From NCBI GenBank assembly GCA_963730985.1, contig CAVSTX010000004.1, forward strand, positions 826,708-890,707: a stretch of DNA of 64,000 nucleotides, read 5' to 3'. Positions 1-10,727 of the stretch are shown here, one piece after another; positions within the stretch are counted from its first letter, which is position 1; every line of letters starts with the position of its first letter. This stretch comes from Pyrinomonadaceae bacterium (GTDB taxonomy: Bacteria > Acidobacteriota > Blastocatellia > Pyrinomonadales > Pyrinomonadaceae). A model generated the notes under the pieces. It was not told the origin of the DNA. It made no database searches and saw only the letters and a program-made list of their open reading frames with translations. Both the position numbers and the translations under genes were made by a program.

Positions 1-134
1 TGATTTCTTCGATGCCCTGAAGGGTATTAAGTTCTGTTCCCAATTTAGCGGTATGTACATAGTCGGGAAGTGCTAGCAGTGGGCGCTCTCACACACCCGC
101 GCTGGAGGTGCTCCTGGTTTGAAAGGGTAGAGAA

Positions 135-1307
135 TTGGTTCAGTATCTAACTCGAAAGCTAATCACACTTCACGGGCTATTCGAGAATCCAGACGCAGCA
201 AGAAGCTACCTCTGCAATCGAATCCGCGGGCTAAGTCCGACCTCTAATCTGGTTTGGTGGTTGTATCCCGCGTGGTGGAAGTATCAGATCTTTTGCCTAA
301 CATTTCAGTTCACGCGACCCTCACACGGGAAGCCAAAACCAGGTAAGCACCGTTATATCTTACGCATTCCAAATGGCGCGGGCATAGGTGATCAGATTGT
401 TACCGCGTGGTCGGAAACGTACATGTTGGCGCAAAAGTACCAATTATCTTTCGTCCACCACCCCTTTGCGAGGAGCTACCACTCTCCCGATGTAGATTGG
501 GAGAGCTTTCTCGGGTTTAGTGACCAGGAGACTACTGCTGAGGAGGTGCTCAGCAATAAAGATCTCAAGGTCATCTACCTTCCGCCCGTGCCGTTAACCA
601 GTCGCAGAAATCACCTGATTCTCTCAAGACTAATCACGCGCGTGTATCCTCAGAATAATGTTGTGTTTCACATGGGCAATGCATATCTCAGCTCGGATAT
701 TAATCAATCAGAACTGATGCCGTCAGTTTATCGCCAAAAGTATTGGAAGCGTCGGAGAACCGCACCTATGCCATCCGCGTTTTTTGAGGATTCATTGAAT
801 GTGGCAGTTCACGTTCGGAGAGGAGATGTCGCATCCTTAAAGGAGACGCAACCTGACCAATGGAAACATCGGTGGATTGAGGTCTCATACTACAAAGAAC
901 TATTGAGCGATTTGCTAACCTCTTTGCCGACTAGCAGGATAAACATACACATTTACTCGGACGGCGATGAACAAGAACTAGCGGATCTTGCCGATTTGCC
1001 TAACACTACACTGCATCTTCACGATGATCCTACACAATCGTTCCATGACATGGTGGTTGCGGATGTTTTGGTCGTAAGCTCTAGTGCCTTTTCGATCTGC
1101 GCAGGCAAGATTTCTGAACAAGTGAAGTTAGTGGGTAGGCACTTTGACACTGCGGACTTCCGACTGTTCATCCCCAACACTGGCGACTGGCTTCGGGTTG
1201 AGAAAGACGGACGTCTTTCAGCCGACACCAAGAAAAAGCTGATTGCACAGACGTGCTTGCATTCAAGTCTTGCAAACCAGAGTGTTGCATATGGATACCG
1301 CGCTTAG
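135..1307 (+). CDS. Putative GT11-like (fucosyltransferase-type) glycosyltransferase
   Basis: 390-aa ORF. The motifs 'VAVHVRRGD', 'IHIYSDGDE' and 'VLVVSSSAFSICAG' occur in the order of the three fucosyltransferase-superfamily motifs (HxRRGD, xFSDD, S-S-x-F-S). The true start is uncertain. Confidence 0.45.
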   Translation: MVQYLTRKLITLHGLFENPDAARSYLCNRIRGLSPTSNLVWWLYPAWWKYQIFCLTFQFTRPSHGKPKPGKHRYILRIPNGAGIGDQIVTAWSETYMLAQKYQLSFVHHPFARSYHSPDVDWESFLGFSDQETTAEEVLSNKDLKVIYLPPVPLTSRRNHLILSRLITRVYPQNNVVFHMGNAYLSSDINQSELMPSVYRQKYWKRRRTAPMPSAFFEDSLNVAVHVRRGDVASLKETQPDQWKHRWIEVSYYKELLSDLLTSLPTSRINIHIYSDGDEQELADLADLPNTTLHLHDDPTQSFHDMVVADVLVVSSSAFSICAGKISEQVKLVGRHFDTADFRLFIPNTGDWLRVEKDGRLSADTKKKLIAQTCLHSSLANQSVAYGYRA

Positions 1308-2019
1308 ACACCTGAGGAAGCAGATAAAGAGGACCTTTATTTATAAGGTCGCAACGGCAAGGCAAAGACGCCGTGAATCCTGTACGCTGGCGGAAGTAAA
1401 CCGCGCTGAGGTTGAAAGATGGAGTAACAATGGTTCGCCTGTCCCTCCCCCTGACGCCGTGAAGCAGAAGGTAGTTCGCGAATACGGGGTCAAATTTCAA
1501 CTTCAAACGTTCGTAGAGACAGGTACGTGTTTGGGTGACATGACCAATGCAGTTAAGGATCGATTTAAGGTAGTTCACACCATCGAGCTGGATGAGGAAC
1601 TCTTCAAGAGAGCAAGTAGGAGATTCGAGATGTTTTCGCATATTCGCGTGCATCACGGAGACAGTGAAGTGGCCCTTCCTCGCATTCTCGATGAACTAAA
1701 CGAACCTTGTTTGTTCTGGCTGGATGCGCACTACTCAGGCGGATTCACTGGGAAGGGGAGACTTGAAACGCCGATTATCAATGAGCTTAATGCCATATTT
1801 GAACATCACATAAAAACTCATGTGGTACTCATTGATGATGCCAGGTGCTTCAATGGCGAGCACGACTACCCTACTTTAAAACAATTGCAGGGTTTTGTGT
1901 TAGATAGATGGCCCAATGTGGAATTCGCCGTTGATGCTGACATCATTCGGATTCACTCTGGTTCTGTGACGTTGAAGGAGCCCAACTTCGCAACGATAAG
2001 TACCCCCAACGCCGGTTAA
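1291..2019 (+). CDS. SAM-dependent methyltransferase-like protein
   Basis: The ORF runs 1243..2019. The likely start is ATG 1291, which overlaps the upstream stop. It has a glycine-rich motif-I-like 'FVETGTCLGDMT', then 'WLDAHYSGG' and 'VLIDDARCF'. The family assignment is approximate. Confidence 0.45.
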   Translation: MDTALRHLRKQIKRTFIYKVATARQRRRESCTLAEVNRAEVERWSNNGSPVPPPDAVKQKVVREYGVKFQLQTFVETGTCLGDMTNAVKDRFKVVHTIELDEELFKRASRRFEMFSHIRVHHGDSEVALPRILDELNEPCLFWLDAHYSGGFTGKGRLETPIINELNAIFEHHIKTHVVLIDDARCFNGEHDYPTLKQLQGFVLDRWPNVEFAVDADIIRIHSGSVTLKEPNFATISTPNAG

Positions 2020-2046
2020 TCCTGGTTTCTTTTTCATCAACTGCTA

Positions 2047-3042
2047 ATGGCAAGCATTTCGGTAATCATTCCCACCTACAAACGAGAAGCGGTGCTGGTA
2101 GAAACTCTGCAACAACTTTCCATGTTGCTGAAGCCGGGAGATGAGATTCTGGTTATCGATCAGACACTGGACCACGAGCCGGCGACGATCGCTGCACTTG
2201 AGCGATTGGCTGGCGAGGGCGCCATTCGTTGGTATCGCCGTTCGCGGCCCAGTCAGAACGAAGCGATGAATATTGCGGCGCAGCTCGCACAGGGCGAGAT
2301 CCTGTTGTTCCTCGATGATGACATTGTACCTTTCGATAATTTACTTGAGGGACACCGTCAAGTCTTGTCACAAGCCGATGCGCCCGCAGCGACCTGCGGA
2401 CATGTGCTGCAACCTTGGGACAAGGCCCCAGTTGATTCCGTCAAGGATTTCGACATGCAGTTTAACGCTGCGTATTCCAAGCCCTGCGAAATTCGATTTC
2501 TAATGGCTGGGAATTTCGCTATGCGTCGCGAAACTTATCTGGCCATCGGAGGCATGGACGAAAACTTCCGGGGCTCCAATTATCGGAATGACAGCGAGAT
2601 GGCTTACCGGATTTGCGCGGCCACCGGCCGTCGCATCCGTTTCGTTCCCGAAGCTGGGCTTCGGCACCTCTTGTCGGGTGGCGGTAACCGTGCGTTTGGA
2701 GAGAAAGACACATGGGGACACATCGGTGGATCGATCGGCGACTATTACTTCGCCTTGAAGTGTCTGCCAATTTCGAACCGCTGTCGTCACATTCTCACGC
2801 GGCTTGTGCGCGCGTCGCTGAATCGAAATACCGTTTCGCATCCTTGGCTGGTACCGTCATTGGCTCTTCGTGAAACTGTCGCCTTCTTTCGGGCGTATGG
2901 CCGGCTTGCACTCAAGCCACATAAAGGTGTGCGTCCTCTCAGCGAGTATGGACCCTTGGTTGGTGGAGAAACCTCAACTGTTTCAAACAGTCAGGTCCCA
3001 AAAGTTTCAGAATATGTGTGGAATAACAGGCTGGTTTCTTAA
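2047..3042 (+). CDS. Family 2 glycosyltransferase
   Basis: N-terminal 'ISVIIPTYKRE' is followed by 'LVIDQ' and 'LFLDDDIV' (DxD), the typical GT2 layout. Confidence 0.8.
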   Translation: MASISVIIPTYKREAVLVETLQQLSMLLKPGDEILVIDQTLDHEPATIAALERLAGEGAIRWYRRSRPSQNEAMNIAAQLAQGEILLFLDDDIVPFDNLLEGHRQVLSQADAPAATCGHVLQPWDKAPVDSVKDFDMQFNAAYSKPCEIRFLMAGNFAMRRETYLAIGGMDENFRGSNYRNDSEMAYRICAATGRRIRFVPEAGLRHLLSGGGNRAFGEKDTWGHIGGSIGDYYFALKCLPISNRCRHILTRLVRASLNRNTVSHPWLVPSLALRETVAFFRAYGRLALKPHKGVRPLSEYGPLVGGETSTVSNSQVPKVSEYVWNNRLVS

Positions 3043-4789
3043 AAGCGGAATTAATCCGGAAGAGAGCCTTCTGCGGGAGATGGCAGATCGGATCGGCCAT
3101 CGAGGGCCCGACGACCGAGGCTATTACTCCGACCAGAAGCATGGTGTGGCCTTTGCTCACAACCGTCTCAGCATCATCGACCTCAGCTCAGCCGGCCATC
3201 AGCCGATGATCAGTGACGATGGCAACTTGGTTCTGAACTACAACGGCGAACTCTACAACTTTCTTGAAATTAAGAAAGAGCTTCAAAACCTCGGACACCA
3301 GTTTCATTCGCGCACGGATTCCGAAGTTGTGCTGCACAGTTTTATGGAATGGGGTCCGAAGTGCGTCGAGCGCTTCTGCGGCATGTTTGCTTTCGCGATC
3401 TGGTCAGCCAAATCCGGCAAGCTGTTTTTGGCGCGCGACCCCTTGGGAATGAAGCCGCTCTATTACACAGCGCTTCCCGGTGACCAGGGCTTCGTATTCG
3501 CTTCCGAGATCAAAGCTTTCCTCGCTCTGCCAGACTTCAAAGTAAACGTTAACCGCGTGGCACTGAGCCAGTTTCTCGAGTTCGGGTACACGTTTGATGA
3601 TCACGCTACCTCGCTCGACGGCGTTCATAAACTCCCCCCCGGACACCTGATGGAAGTCGCTGACGGAGTTCCCGGCAAACCCGAAGCATTTTTCACGCCT
3701 CCTTATCCCGACGCCAGTGATCGTCGGACACTCGAAGACCGTGAAGAAGAGTTGTATGAGACGCTCAGCAACGTCGTGGAGCAGCATCTGATTGCTGACG
3801 TGCCTGTCGGACTTTTACTGTCTGGCGGCTTGGATTCCAGCATCACCGCAGCCCTGGCCGCGCGGCATGCGAAGGTCACGACTATCAGCATGGGCTTTGC
3901 GGAATCGGAGATCGATGAGCGACCTTACGCGCGCGTTGTTGCCGAGCACATTGGCTCGGATCATCGAGAGGTAACGATCACTCCCAGCGAGATTCGCGAG
4001 AACCTGGAAGACATCACCTGGTTTTTCGATGATTTGTTCGCTGACTGGGGAACAGTTTCCACCCGGCTCCTTTACAAGAAATGTCGAGAGCAGGGAATTA
4101 AGGTAGTCCTCGTAGGTGAAGGTTCGGACGAACTCTTTGGCGGCTACACAGTTTTCGACGCTGCGCAGAACTCGCGTGGCCCGGTGTCGTGGCAACTATT
4201 TCAACTCTACCGGCGTTATGCCGGCCGTCGCTACGGCAATCAGTTTTCGCGTTTCCGATCCTTAATGAAGCGTTACCTCCAGGAAGGCAACGGCGACATG
4301 TTTAATGCGGTGAGAATGTTTGAATCGCGAAACCAGTTGCCGAATAACTACGTGATGAAGGTCGACAAGGCAAGCATGTCTGTCAGCGTAGAAGCACGCA
4401 CGCCGTTTCTCGATCGTCGTGTGGCTGAGCTCGCTTACCGAACGCCGGCAAGTTGTTTGCTTGCGAATGGTTCAAACAAATCCCTGCTCCGTTCGATGGC
4501 AGAACGTTTCGAGTTGCTGCCAACCGCAGTTGCACAGCGTCCAAAGTTCGGCGCATCGATCGCGGCATCATGGATGGAAGAGTCAGAAGGATTTCGCGAC
4601 TACGCACGCCACGTCATTCTCGATCGAAACGGTTGGGTTGATGAATTGGGGTTACGTTCGGCAATGACTGACTACTTTACCGGTAAACGACAGGGATATT
4701 CCTTCCCACGGCCGATCAGCATTTTCAGCAACTTAGCCTGGCGGCTGCTGCTGTTGAACTTATGGTCGCGTAGATACGTCCAGGCTTAG
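3014..4789 (+). CDS. Asparagine synthase (glutamine-hydrolysing) family amidotransferase, paralog 1
   Basis: The track ORF is 2870..4789, but the conserved Ntn start 'MCGITGWF' begins at ATG 3014. It carries 'HRGPDD', 'LSGGLDSS' (PP-loop) and 'GEGSDELFGGY'. Confidence 0.85.
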   Translation: MCGITGWFLKSGINPEESLLREMADRIGHRGPDDRGYYSDQKHGVAFAHNRLSIIDLSSAGHQPMISDDGNLVLNYNGELYNFLEIKKELQNLGHQFHSRTDSEVVLHSFMEWGPKCVERFCGMFAFAIWSAKSGKLFLARDPLGMKPLYYTALPGDQGFVFASEIKAFLALPDFKVNVNRVALSQFLEFGYTFDDHATSLDGVHKLPPGHLMEVADGVPGKPEAFFTPPYPDASDRRTLEDREEELYETLSNVVEQHLIADVPVGLLLSGGLDSSITAALAARHAKVTTISMGFAESEIDERPYARVVAEHIGSDHREVTITPSEIRENLEDITWFFDDLFADWGTVSTRLLYKKCREQGIKVVLVGEGSDELFGGYTVFDAAQNSRGPVSWQLFQLYRRYAGRRYGNQFSRFRSLMKRYLQEGNGDMFNAVRMFESRNQLPNNYVMKVDKASMSVSVEARTPFLDRRVAELAYRTPASCLLANGSNKSLLRSMAERFELLPTAVAQRPKFGASIAASWMEESEGFRDYARHVILDRNGWVDELGLRSAMTDYFTGKRQGYSFPRPISIFSNLAWRLLLLNLWSRRYVQA

Positions 4790-4800
4790 ACGGTCTTTTT

Positions 4801-4835
4801 CTGCCTACTGCCTACTGCTTACTGCCTACTGACTC
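4801..4835. repeat. Tandem heptamer array (CTGCCTA x4 plus a degenerate unit)
   Basis: The units are ctgccta/ctgccta/ctgctta/ctgccta/ctgactc. The array ends 1 nt before ATG 4837, and no Shine-Dalgarno sequence is visible there. Confidence 0.9.
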
Positions 4836-4836
4836 C

Positions 4837-5805
4837 ATGATTCCCGGTCTCGTCACAACCATCATTCCGGTGCATAACCGTGCGGCTCTGCTTAAAGAGT
4901 CAGTCGAAAGTGTTCTGGCTCAGACCTATCCAAAAATCGAAATCATAATCGTCGACGACGGCTCAACGGACGACACTGCTAATGTTGCCGACGACTACGC
5001 TCGAAACTATCCATCGAAGATTACCGCGATTCACCAGTCCAACACCGGTCCGGGACTCGCGCGCGAAGCAGGTCGGCTACGTGCCCGGGGAGAGTTTATT
5101 CAATATCTCGACAGCGACGACGTGCTGCTACCCCGAAAGTTTGAATTGCAGGTTGCTGGCTTGAACGCGCATTCGGAATGCGGCGTGTCCTACGGCAAAA
5201 CTAGATTCTCCGCATTACAAGGCAATCGATCCGAAGTCGCTTGGAAACGAACCGGCGAACGAATTCAAACTATGTTCCCGGCAATGCTTGAATCGAGATG
5301 GTGGGGTACTTCCACGCCGCTGTATCGAAAGGAACTCACCGACAAAGTCGGTCCATGGACAACGTTGGTGAACGAAGAGGACTGGGAGTATGACTGCCGT
5401 ATCGCAGCTCAAGGAGTGTATCTGGATTGTGTTTCGGAATTTATTTCAGAGGAGCGAGATCACGACGGGCAACGGTTGAGTAGAAACGGAACCAAACAGC
5501 CTCGCAAGCTTGAAGATCGCGCAGTGGCACATTCATTGATTTTGGGCCATGCCATGAAAGCTGGGATTACTTCTGATGTTATTGAAATGCAGAGGTTCGC
5601 ACGTGAGCTGTTTCTCATATCGAGGCAGTGTGGTGCGGCCGGTTTGAGGGAGAAGTCTGAAGAACTCTTTAGTTTGGCAAAAGCTGCCTCCGGCATTGAG
5701 CGTGCCCAGCGACTCGACTTTCGGCTCTATGAGTTGCTCGCAAATGTAACTGGATGGTGCGTGCTCGGGAAGATCGCATGCTACTCAGACAGCGTGAGGA
5801 AATGA
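4837..5805 (+). CDS. Family 2 glycosyltransferase
   Basis: 'TTIIPVHNRAALLKESVESVLAQTYPKIEIIIVDDGSTDDT' followed by 'YLDSDD'. Confidence 0.85.
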   Translation: MIPGLVTTIIPVHNRAALLKESVESVLAQTYPKIEIIIVDDGSTDDTANVADDYARNYPSKITAIHQSNTGPGLAREAGRLRARGEFIQYLDSDDVLLPRKFELQVAGLNAHSECGVSYGKTRFSALQGNRSEVAWKRTGERIQTMFPAMLESRWWGTSTPLYRKELTDKVGPWTTLVNEEDWEYDCRIAAQGVYLDCVSEFISEERDHDGQRLSRNGTKQPRKLEDRAVAHSLILGHAMKAGITSDVIEMQRFARELFLISRQCGAAGLREKSEELFSLAKAASGIERAQRLDFRLYELLANVTGWCVLGKIACYSDSVRK

Positions 5806-6752
5806 CTACCATACCGGACATCTCAGTGGTGATGGGCGTCTACAACGGCGCGCGTTATCTGCGCGAGACAATCATCTGTGTGTTGTCTCAAGAGAAGGTA
5901 AGCCTTGAATTCATCATAGTAGATGATGGTTCTACTGATAAATCGCTAGAGATATTGCAGGAGTATGCGCAATCGGATCCCCGAGTGAAGATCCTCCATC
6001 AGGAAAATGAAGGTCTGACGAGCGCATTAATCAGAGGCTGCGAAGTAGCCCAGGGGAAGTATATCGCCCGGCACGACGTCGGCGACGTATCTCAGCTTCA
6101 AAGGCTCTATCAGCAAAAGCGGGCGCTTGACGCTGACGAGAGCTTGGCTTTTGTCTCCTGCTGGACGGAGTATTGTGGCCCAGAGTGGGAGTTTCTTTAC
6201 TTGGTTAAAGGTACGGGCGTCGCTAGCATGCCGAATCTCATCATTTCGGAGCGTGCGATTCACGGAGTGGTAGATGGTCCAACGCATCATGGCGCCGTTA
6301 TGTTTCGACGAGCTAACTACATACGAGTTGGCGGCTATCGTCGCGAGTTTTATTACGGTCAGGATTGGGACTTGTGGTACCGGCTCGGCCATGGTAGATT
6401 TCAGATGGTTGAATCCGCTCTGTATATGGCCCGCATCATGCCCGGCAGTATTAGCATGGCAGACAGGTTACGACAGGAAACAATTTCGCGGCTCTCCCGA
6501 GCGGCTCTGAACCAGCGATTAAAACAATTACCTGAGCAGACTGTATTGAACGCGGCAAGTAAAATCCGTCCTGTGTCGGCAGCAGTTGAATCCCAGCGCC
6601 GACAAGCGCAAGCGCTGTACTTTATCGGAGAGTGCTTACGAAGAAATGGCGATCGCAGAGCCCTCCATTATTTCAAAGAATCGATTCGAGACTCTCCACT
6701 GTTCGTAAAGTCTTGGGTAAGACTTCTGCAGGGACAACTTAGGGAAATCTAG
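5802..6752 (+). CDS. Family 2 glycosyltransferase
   Basis: The track ORF is 5754..6752. ATG 5802 forms an ATGA overlap with the upstream stop and gives 'MTTIPDISVVMGVYNGARYL...FIIVDDGSTD'. Confidence 0.8.
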   Translation: MTTIPDISVVMGVYNGARYLRETIICVLSQEKVSLEFIIVDDGSTDKSLEILQEYAQSDPRVKILHQENEGLTSALIRGCEVAQGKYIARHDVGDVSQLQRLYQQKRALDADESLAFVSCWTEYCGPEWEFLYLVKGTGVASMPNLIISERAIHGVVDGPTHHGAVMFRRANYIRVGGYRREFYYGQDWDLWYRLGHGRFQMVESALYMARIMPGSISMADRLRQETISRLSRAALNQRLKQLPEQTVLNAASKIRPVSAAVESQRRQAQALYFIGECLRRNGDRRALHYFKESIRDSPLFVKSWVRLLQGQLREI

Positions 6753-6809
6753 AGACTTGACCATCCATTGATGTCCCCATCATTCAACGAGAGTCAGTGG
6801 TGTTAAGCA

Positions 6810-7645
6810 ATGAAACATAGGTCAGAAGTTGGCGTGGTCTACGTATCTTTTGGGGAGCAATACCAAAGAGAGGCGCGCCGGTCATTGGCTTCGTTGCGAG
6901 CAGTTTCGCCAAAGCTACCCGTAGCAGTCATATCCGACTGTGAATGGCAAGCCGACCCTCTTCCCGACGTATTTGTGATCAGGCCTTTGGAGCGGTCCTT
7001 GCGCTCAAAGCCATGTTATATCTCCGAAGCGTCGCCGTTCGAACGAACTCTTTGCATAGACACCGACACCGTTGTAGCTCGAGACCCTACCCCTCTGTTT
7101 GACCTGCTGGATTATTACGATTTGGGTGTTAGGTACTCTGGGCCACAATTAGGTTGGGGTAACGGCCTCATGTTTCACCCCCACGCACCTCTCAAGTAAT
7201 GTTGTTCAAAAAGAATGAAGCCGTCTCCGGGTTGTTTTCAATATGGCTGAGCGACTATGACGAGCAAACACGAATCAGCCCCCCTAAAACACAGCGAGGG
7301 CTCTCAGATGACAAATATTTGGGCGCCGCTATTGCTAAGTCCGCGGTGCGCAGCTTACCACTACCGGAATATGTTCTATTTGACGCCACTCAGCCTTCGA
7401 TTACATTCAGTCCACCAGTAATCTATCATGGAAGGTTTTCCGAGATGGAAATGCTTCACGATATAGTCAGTGGCGGGTGGAATAGTGAGATTGATTATCA
7501 TCAAAGGATCTGGATGCCAAACATAAGGGGTCTGCTTCCGGCCGGAGTTAGACGGTCGGATCCGTTACTTGCAGCCGCACTCATTCTTCGAAGGTTATAC
7601 AATTCTGGTCGACATCGCCTGCGGAGCAAACTCGAACGCCGCTAA
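6810..7645 (+). pseudogene. GT8-like nucleotide-diphospho-sugar transferase split into two abutting ORFs
   Basis: ORFs 6810..7199 and 7199..7645 meet at TAATG. The first has 'VGVVYVSFGEQY' and the DxD 'CIDTDTVV'. The second continues with 'MLFKKNEAV..IWLSDY'. Frame 2 is open from 7163, and adding one C to the C5 run at 7178-7182 fuses the two ORFs. Confidence 0.5.
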
Positions 7646-7699
7646 CGCGGTTCTCGAATCAAGCCGCCTCTCTCAACTTTCCTAAATACGCTTCATCTA

Positions 7700-8523
7700 A
7701 TGAAAACTGTCGGGGCGACCCTAGACTTCTGGCACGGCAAGCTCAGTCAATCTCAAACGATGGTGCGTTTTGCCGTAAAGGTTCGAAATCAGTGCAACGC
7801 CGTCATACGGCAACGTTTGACAGACGGTATAAACCCCGAACAAAACGGGGAGTACTTATTATTAAGCCAACTGAGAAAATCCATCATCGTGTTTGTGGAT
7901 GCGGGTGCAAATGTCGGGGACTGGTCAGCACGATTGCTCGATACTGGGAACGAGTTTTCTCTCGGATTGTTATTTGAGCCATCCAAATCGGCTGTGGAAC
8001 AGCTAAGAAAACGATTCTGCAACGTTGCTAACGTCGAAGTCATTCCGTGCGGACTCTCAGATAGAGCGGGCTCAAGGGCCTTCTTTGAAGAGCCAAATGC
8101 GGGAACGATGTCGTCATTTGTGGCCGGCTTCAGCCGGTGTGGGGCTGAAGCAACCACTGCTCAGTTGACAACTTTGGACCTTGAGGCGCGCAGGAGAGGT
8201 ATTGAGCGGATGACTTTCTAAAGATCGACGTGGAAGGGCTTGACCTAAGCGTCTTGCGGGGCGCGGAGTCACTACTAAAAAGCCAGAGCATTGGTGTAAT
8301 TCAGTTTGAATACAATCAAGCATGGGCTCGCGAAGGTCACACACTTTCCGCTGCTTACGAATACCTTACGGAGGTGAGCTATTGTACTTATCTGTTGAAA
8401 GCGGCCGGTCTGTATGAATTTAGTTATGATGCCTATGGCGAGTATTTCGCCTATTCGAATTTTGTTGCGGTTCCAGCGTCAAAAAAAGCCGATTTTGCGC
8501 ACCTCATTAAAGGGTCTATTTAA
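7700..8523 (+). pseudogene. FkbM-family methyltransferase interrupted by a 1-nt frameshift
   Basis: ORF 7700..8221 has 'FVDAGANVGDWS'. The conserved 'DFLKIDVEGLDLSVLRGAE' is readable only in the next frame, which is open from 8206. The frame switch must lie between 8206 and 8211. Confidence 0.7.
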
Positions 8524-8586
8524 CGCGCAGCGATTTGAACAAGAGGCTCTAGAAGTGTCACCAGCCTTAGTGTTACCCCAAACACG

Positions 8587-9426
8587 ATGAAGCGCGTAAT
8601 AGCCGAGAAGACATTGAACGCGACCCTTTCGAAAATGAGATTGCTTCTGCCATCTTGTCTTAGCAATATACCCTCCTTTAGAGGGAAGGGTCAGATCACT
8701 CTGCTATTGGACAGTTTTCTCACCGACGGCTCCAATTCGCGCTCGTATGAGGTGGCAGGTTACTTAAACGATGGGGTTCTATTTAACTTCGACTTAAGGC
8801 CTTGGGGGCAGAAGTTCGCTTTTTATTACCGCGATTGGGAAAGGGAATACGTCCATATCTTAAGGCGGCTTTACTCCGGGGGCGTATTTGTGGATGTCGG
8901 GAGCAGCTTAGGTTTGTACGTCGTCTGTCTGGGTAATGAAGTACGCCATTTAGGGGGATCGATCATTTCCATCGAACCCGTTCCATTTAATCTTGAACGA
9001 CAAAGAAAAAACGTTACCCTAAACCATTTCGACGACTTGGTAACATACATCCCCTGCGCCTTGGGAAGGGAACAGACTATCGCGAGGATTCAAACTGATC
9101 CTCTGAAGGCCGATAACAACGCCATAATTACAAACGAAGGCGATCTTGAAGTAACTGTGCGCACTTTTGACGATCTTGCGATTGAATGCAAGTGGGGACG
9201 AATCGGATTGATGAAGCTGGATGTTGAAGGTTATGAGCCCATGGTGATTGAGGGCGCAATGGCTACGCTAAGACGCGATAGGCCCATAATATTTGCGGAA
9301 TTCTTACGAGAGCGAATGGACTTAAATGGCTTTTCAATAAGCACTTCATGGCAATTCCTTGTTAACGAGCTCAATTATGTGCTACGTCATCAGTGGAAGA
9401 AAGCGCAAGTTACGTCGACTCGTTGA
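8587..9426 (+). CDS. FkbM-family methyltransferase
   Basis: Carries 'FVDVGSSLGLYV' and 'MKLDVEGYEPMVIEGA'. This ORF is intact. Confidence 0.75.
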   Translation: MKRVIAEKTLNATLSKMRLLLPSCLSNIPSFRGKGQITLLLDSFLTDGSNSRSYEVAGYLNDGVLFNFDLRPWGQKFAFYYRDWEREYVHILRRLYSGGVFVDVGSSLGLYVVCLGNEVRHLGGSIISIEPVPFNLERQRKNVTLNHFDDLVTYIPCALGREQTIARIQTDPLKADNNAIITNEGDLEVTVRTFDDLAIECKWGRIGLMKLDVEGYEPMVIEGAMATLRRDRPIIFAEFLRERMDLNGFSISTSWQFLVNELNYVLRHQWKKAQVTSTR

Positions 9427-9492
9427 TCCTGGTCGAACGGAGAATCTCATATTCGTTCCGATAGAAACACCCGTGCCAGTGGAGTTGCTCGG

Positions 9493-10697
9493 ATGAAGAT
9501 TCTCTTTATGGCTGACGTGTTGTGTAATCCGGATTCAGGTGCCGCAGGCACTGAATATCAGACAATACAGGCTCTGAAAAGTCTGGGCCATGACGTTGAA
9601 CCGGTGTGGGCTGGTGATTTACGCCGCCGAATAGCACACGGGAATTTGCATTACCTGTTTAGCTTCCGCGCGTATGAGCAACAAATGTTGCGCCGATTAA
9701 ATGGGAAGTCGTTTGACGTGGTGCACGTTAACCAGCCGCATGGCTACCGGGAGCCAAGGCGCTTCGCCGACTGAAAACTAACACAGTCTTCATTCATCGT
9801 TCTCACGGAGTCGAATTGCGCTACGAACATGAACTTGCAAAGTGGCGTGGCAAGTATGAGCCTGACGTCCGCTCATACCCGCGAAAAGGCAAGTAAGGCT
9901 TTGTCGTTAGCTCTGTCATACAACCACCGCGCTATTGCGAAGTGGGCGGATGGTCATATCGTCAGTGCGAATGAATGTGGCGACTTTTTGCATAGAACGA
10001 TGCGAGTGCCAAAAGATCGGATAGCTGTCATCCCACAGGCTCCGCCGGGCGCGTTCCAAGAGCGGCTTGGGGTCGTTATGACTGGGAATCGACTAACCCG
10101 CGTGCTCCATGTCAGTCAGTATGCTTTCTTTAAAGCGCCGGCGATTGTAGCTGAGGTATTTAATACGTTATCCGAACGGAACAAAGAACTGCGATTCACG
10201 TGGGTATGTGGCGTAGAGCATCACGAACAAGTTCGGAGTTTGCTCACCAGCCAAGCCAGAGCAAAAGTTGATTTGCTACCGTGGATGCCACAGAACGAGC
10301 TAATCGACGTTTATGACAAGCATGGCCTGTTTCTATTCCCGTCGTTCGTAGAGGGATCGGTAAGGTGTTCCTGGAAGCGATAGCGCGAGGACTATGTGTG
10401 ATAGCAGCAGATAACAGTGGTGCGCGCGACGTCATTAGGCATGGCGTTAATGGAATGCTGGCGCCCACCGGCTCGTCTGAAGTTATGGTCGATTATTGTT
10501 TACTTCTCGTTAAGTCGCCAGACCTGGCGTCTGCTATTTCGACGGCCGCGTCGGAATCTGCACAATCGTATACATGGACGAGGGTGGCAAAGGATACCCT
10601 CTCGTTCTACCAGGACAGGTTGGCTGCAAAAATGCGCGAGAATGTTTATCTGGAAACTGGTGCCCGCAACGGTCTTACTGACTCCATCTCGCTATAA
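9493..10697 (+). pseudogene. GT4 glycosyltransferase fragmented by several frameshifts
   Basis: The fragments are 9493..9774 ('MKILFMADV..DSGAAGTEY'), 9829..10383 and 10365..10697. The junction reads 'FPSFVEGS..' then 'VFLEAIARGLCVIAADNSGARDVI', which is the E-x7-E region. It is restored by adding one T near 10352. At least one more frame change is needed around 9775-9900. Confidence 0.7.
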
Positions 10698-10727
10698 CTT
10701 AACTCTTAGAATCTTTTATTAATCTTT

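Noticed and set aside
6810-7645. An alternative reading in which the two abutting ORFs are genuine separate genes coupled by the TAATG overlap.
   Set aside because: This cannot be excluded. However, the DxD-containing half and the following half together make one GT8-like domain of normal length. The neighbouring genes show the same single-nucleotide frameshift pattern, so a split gene is favoured.
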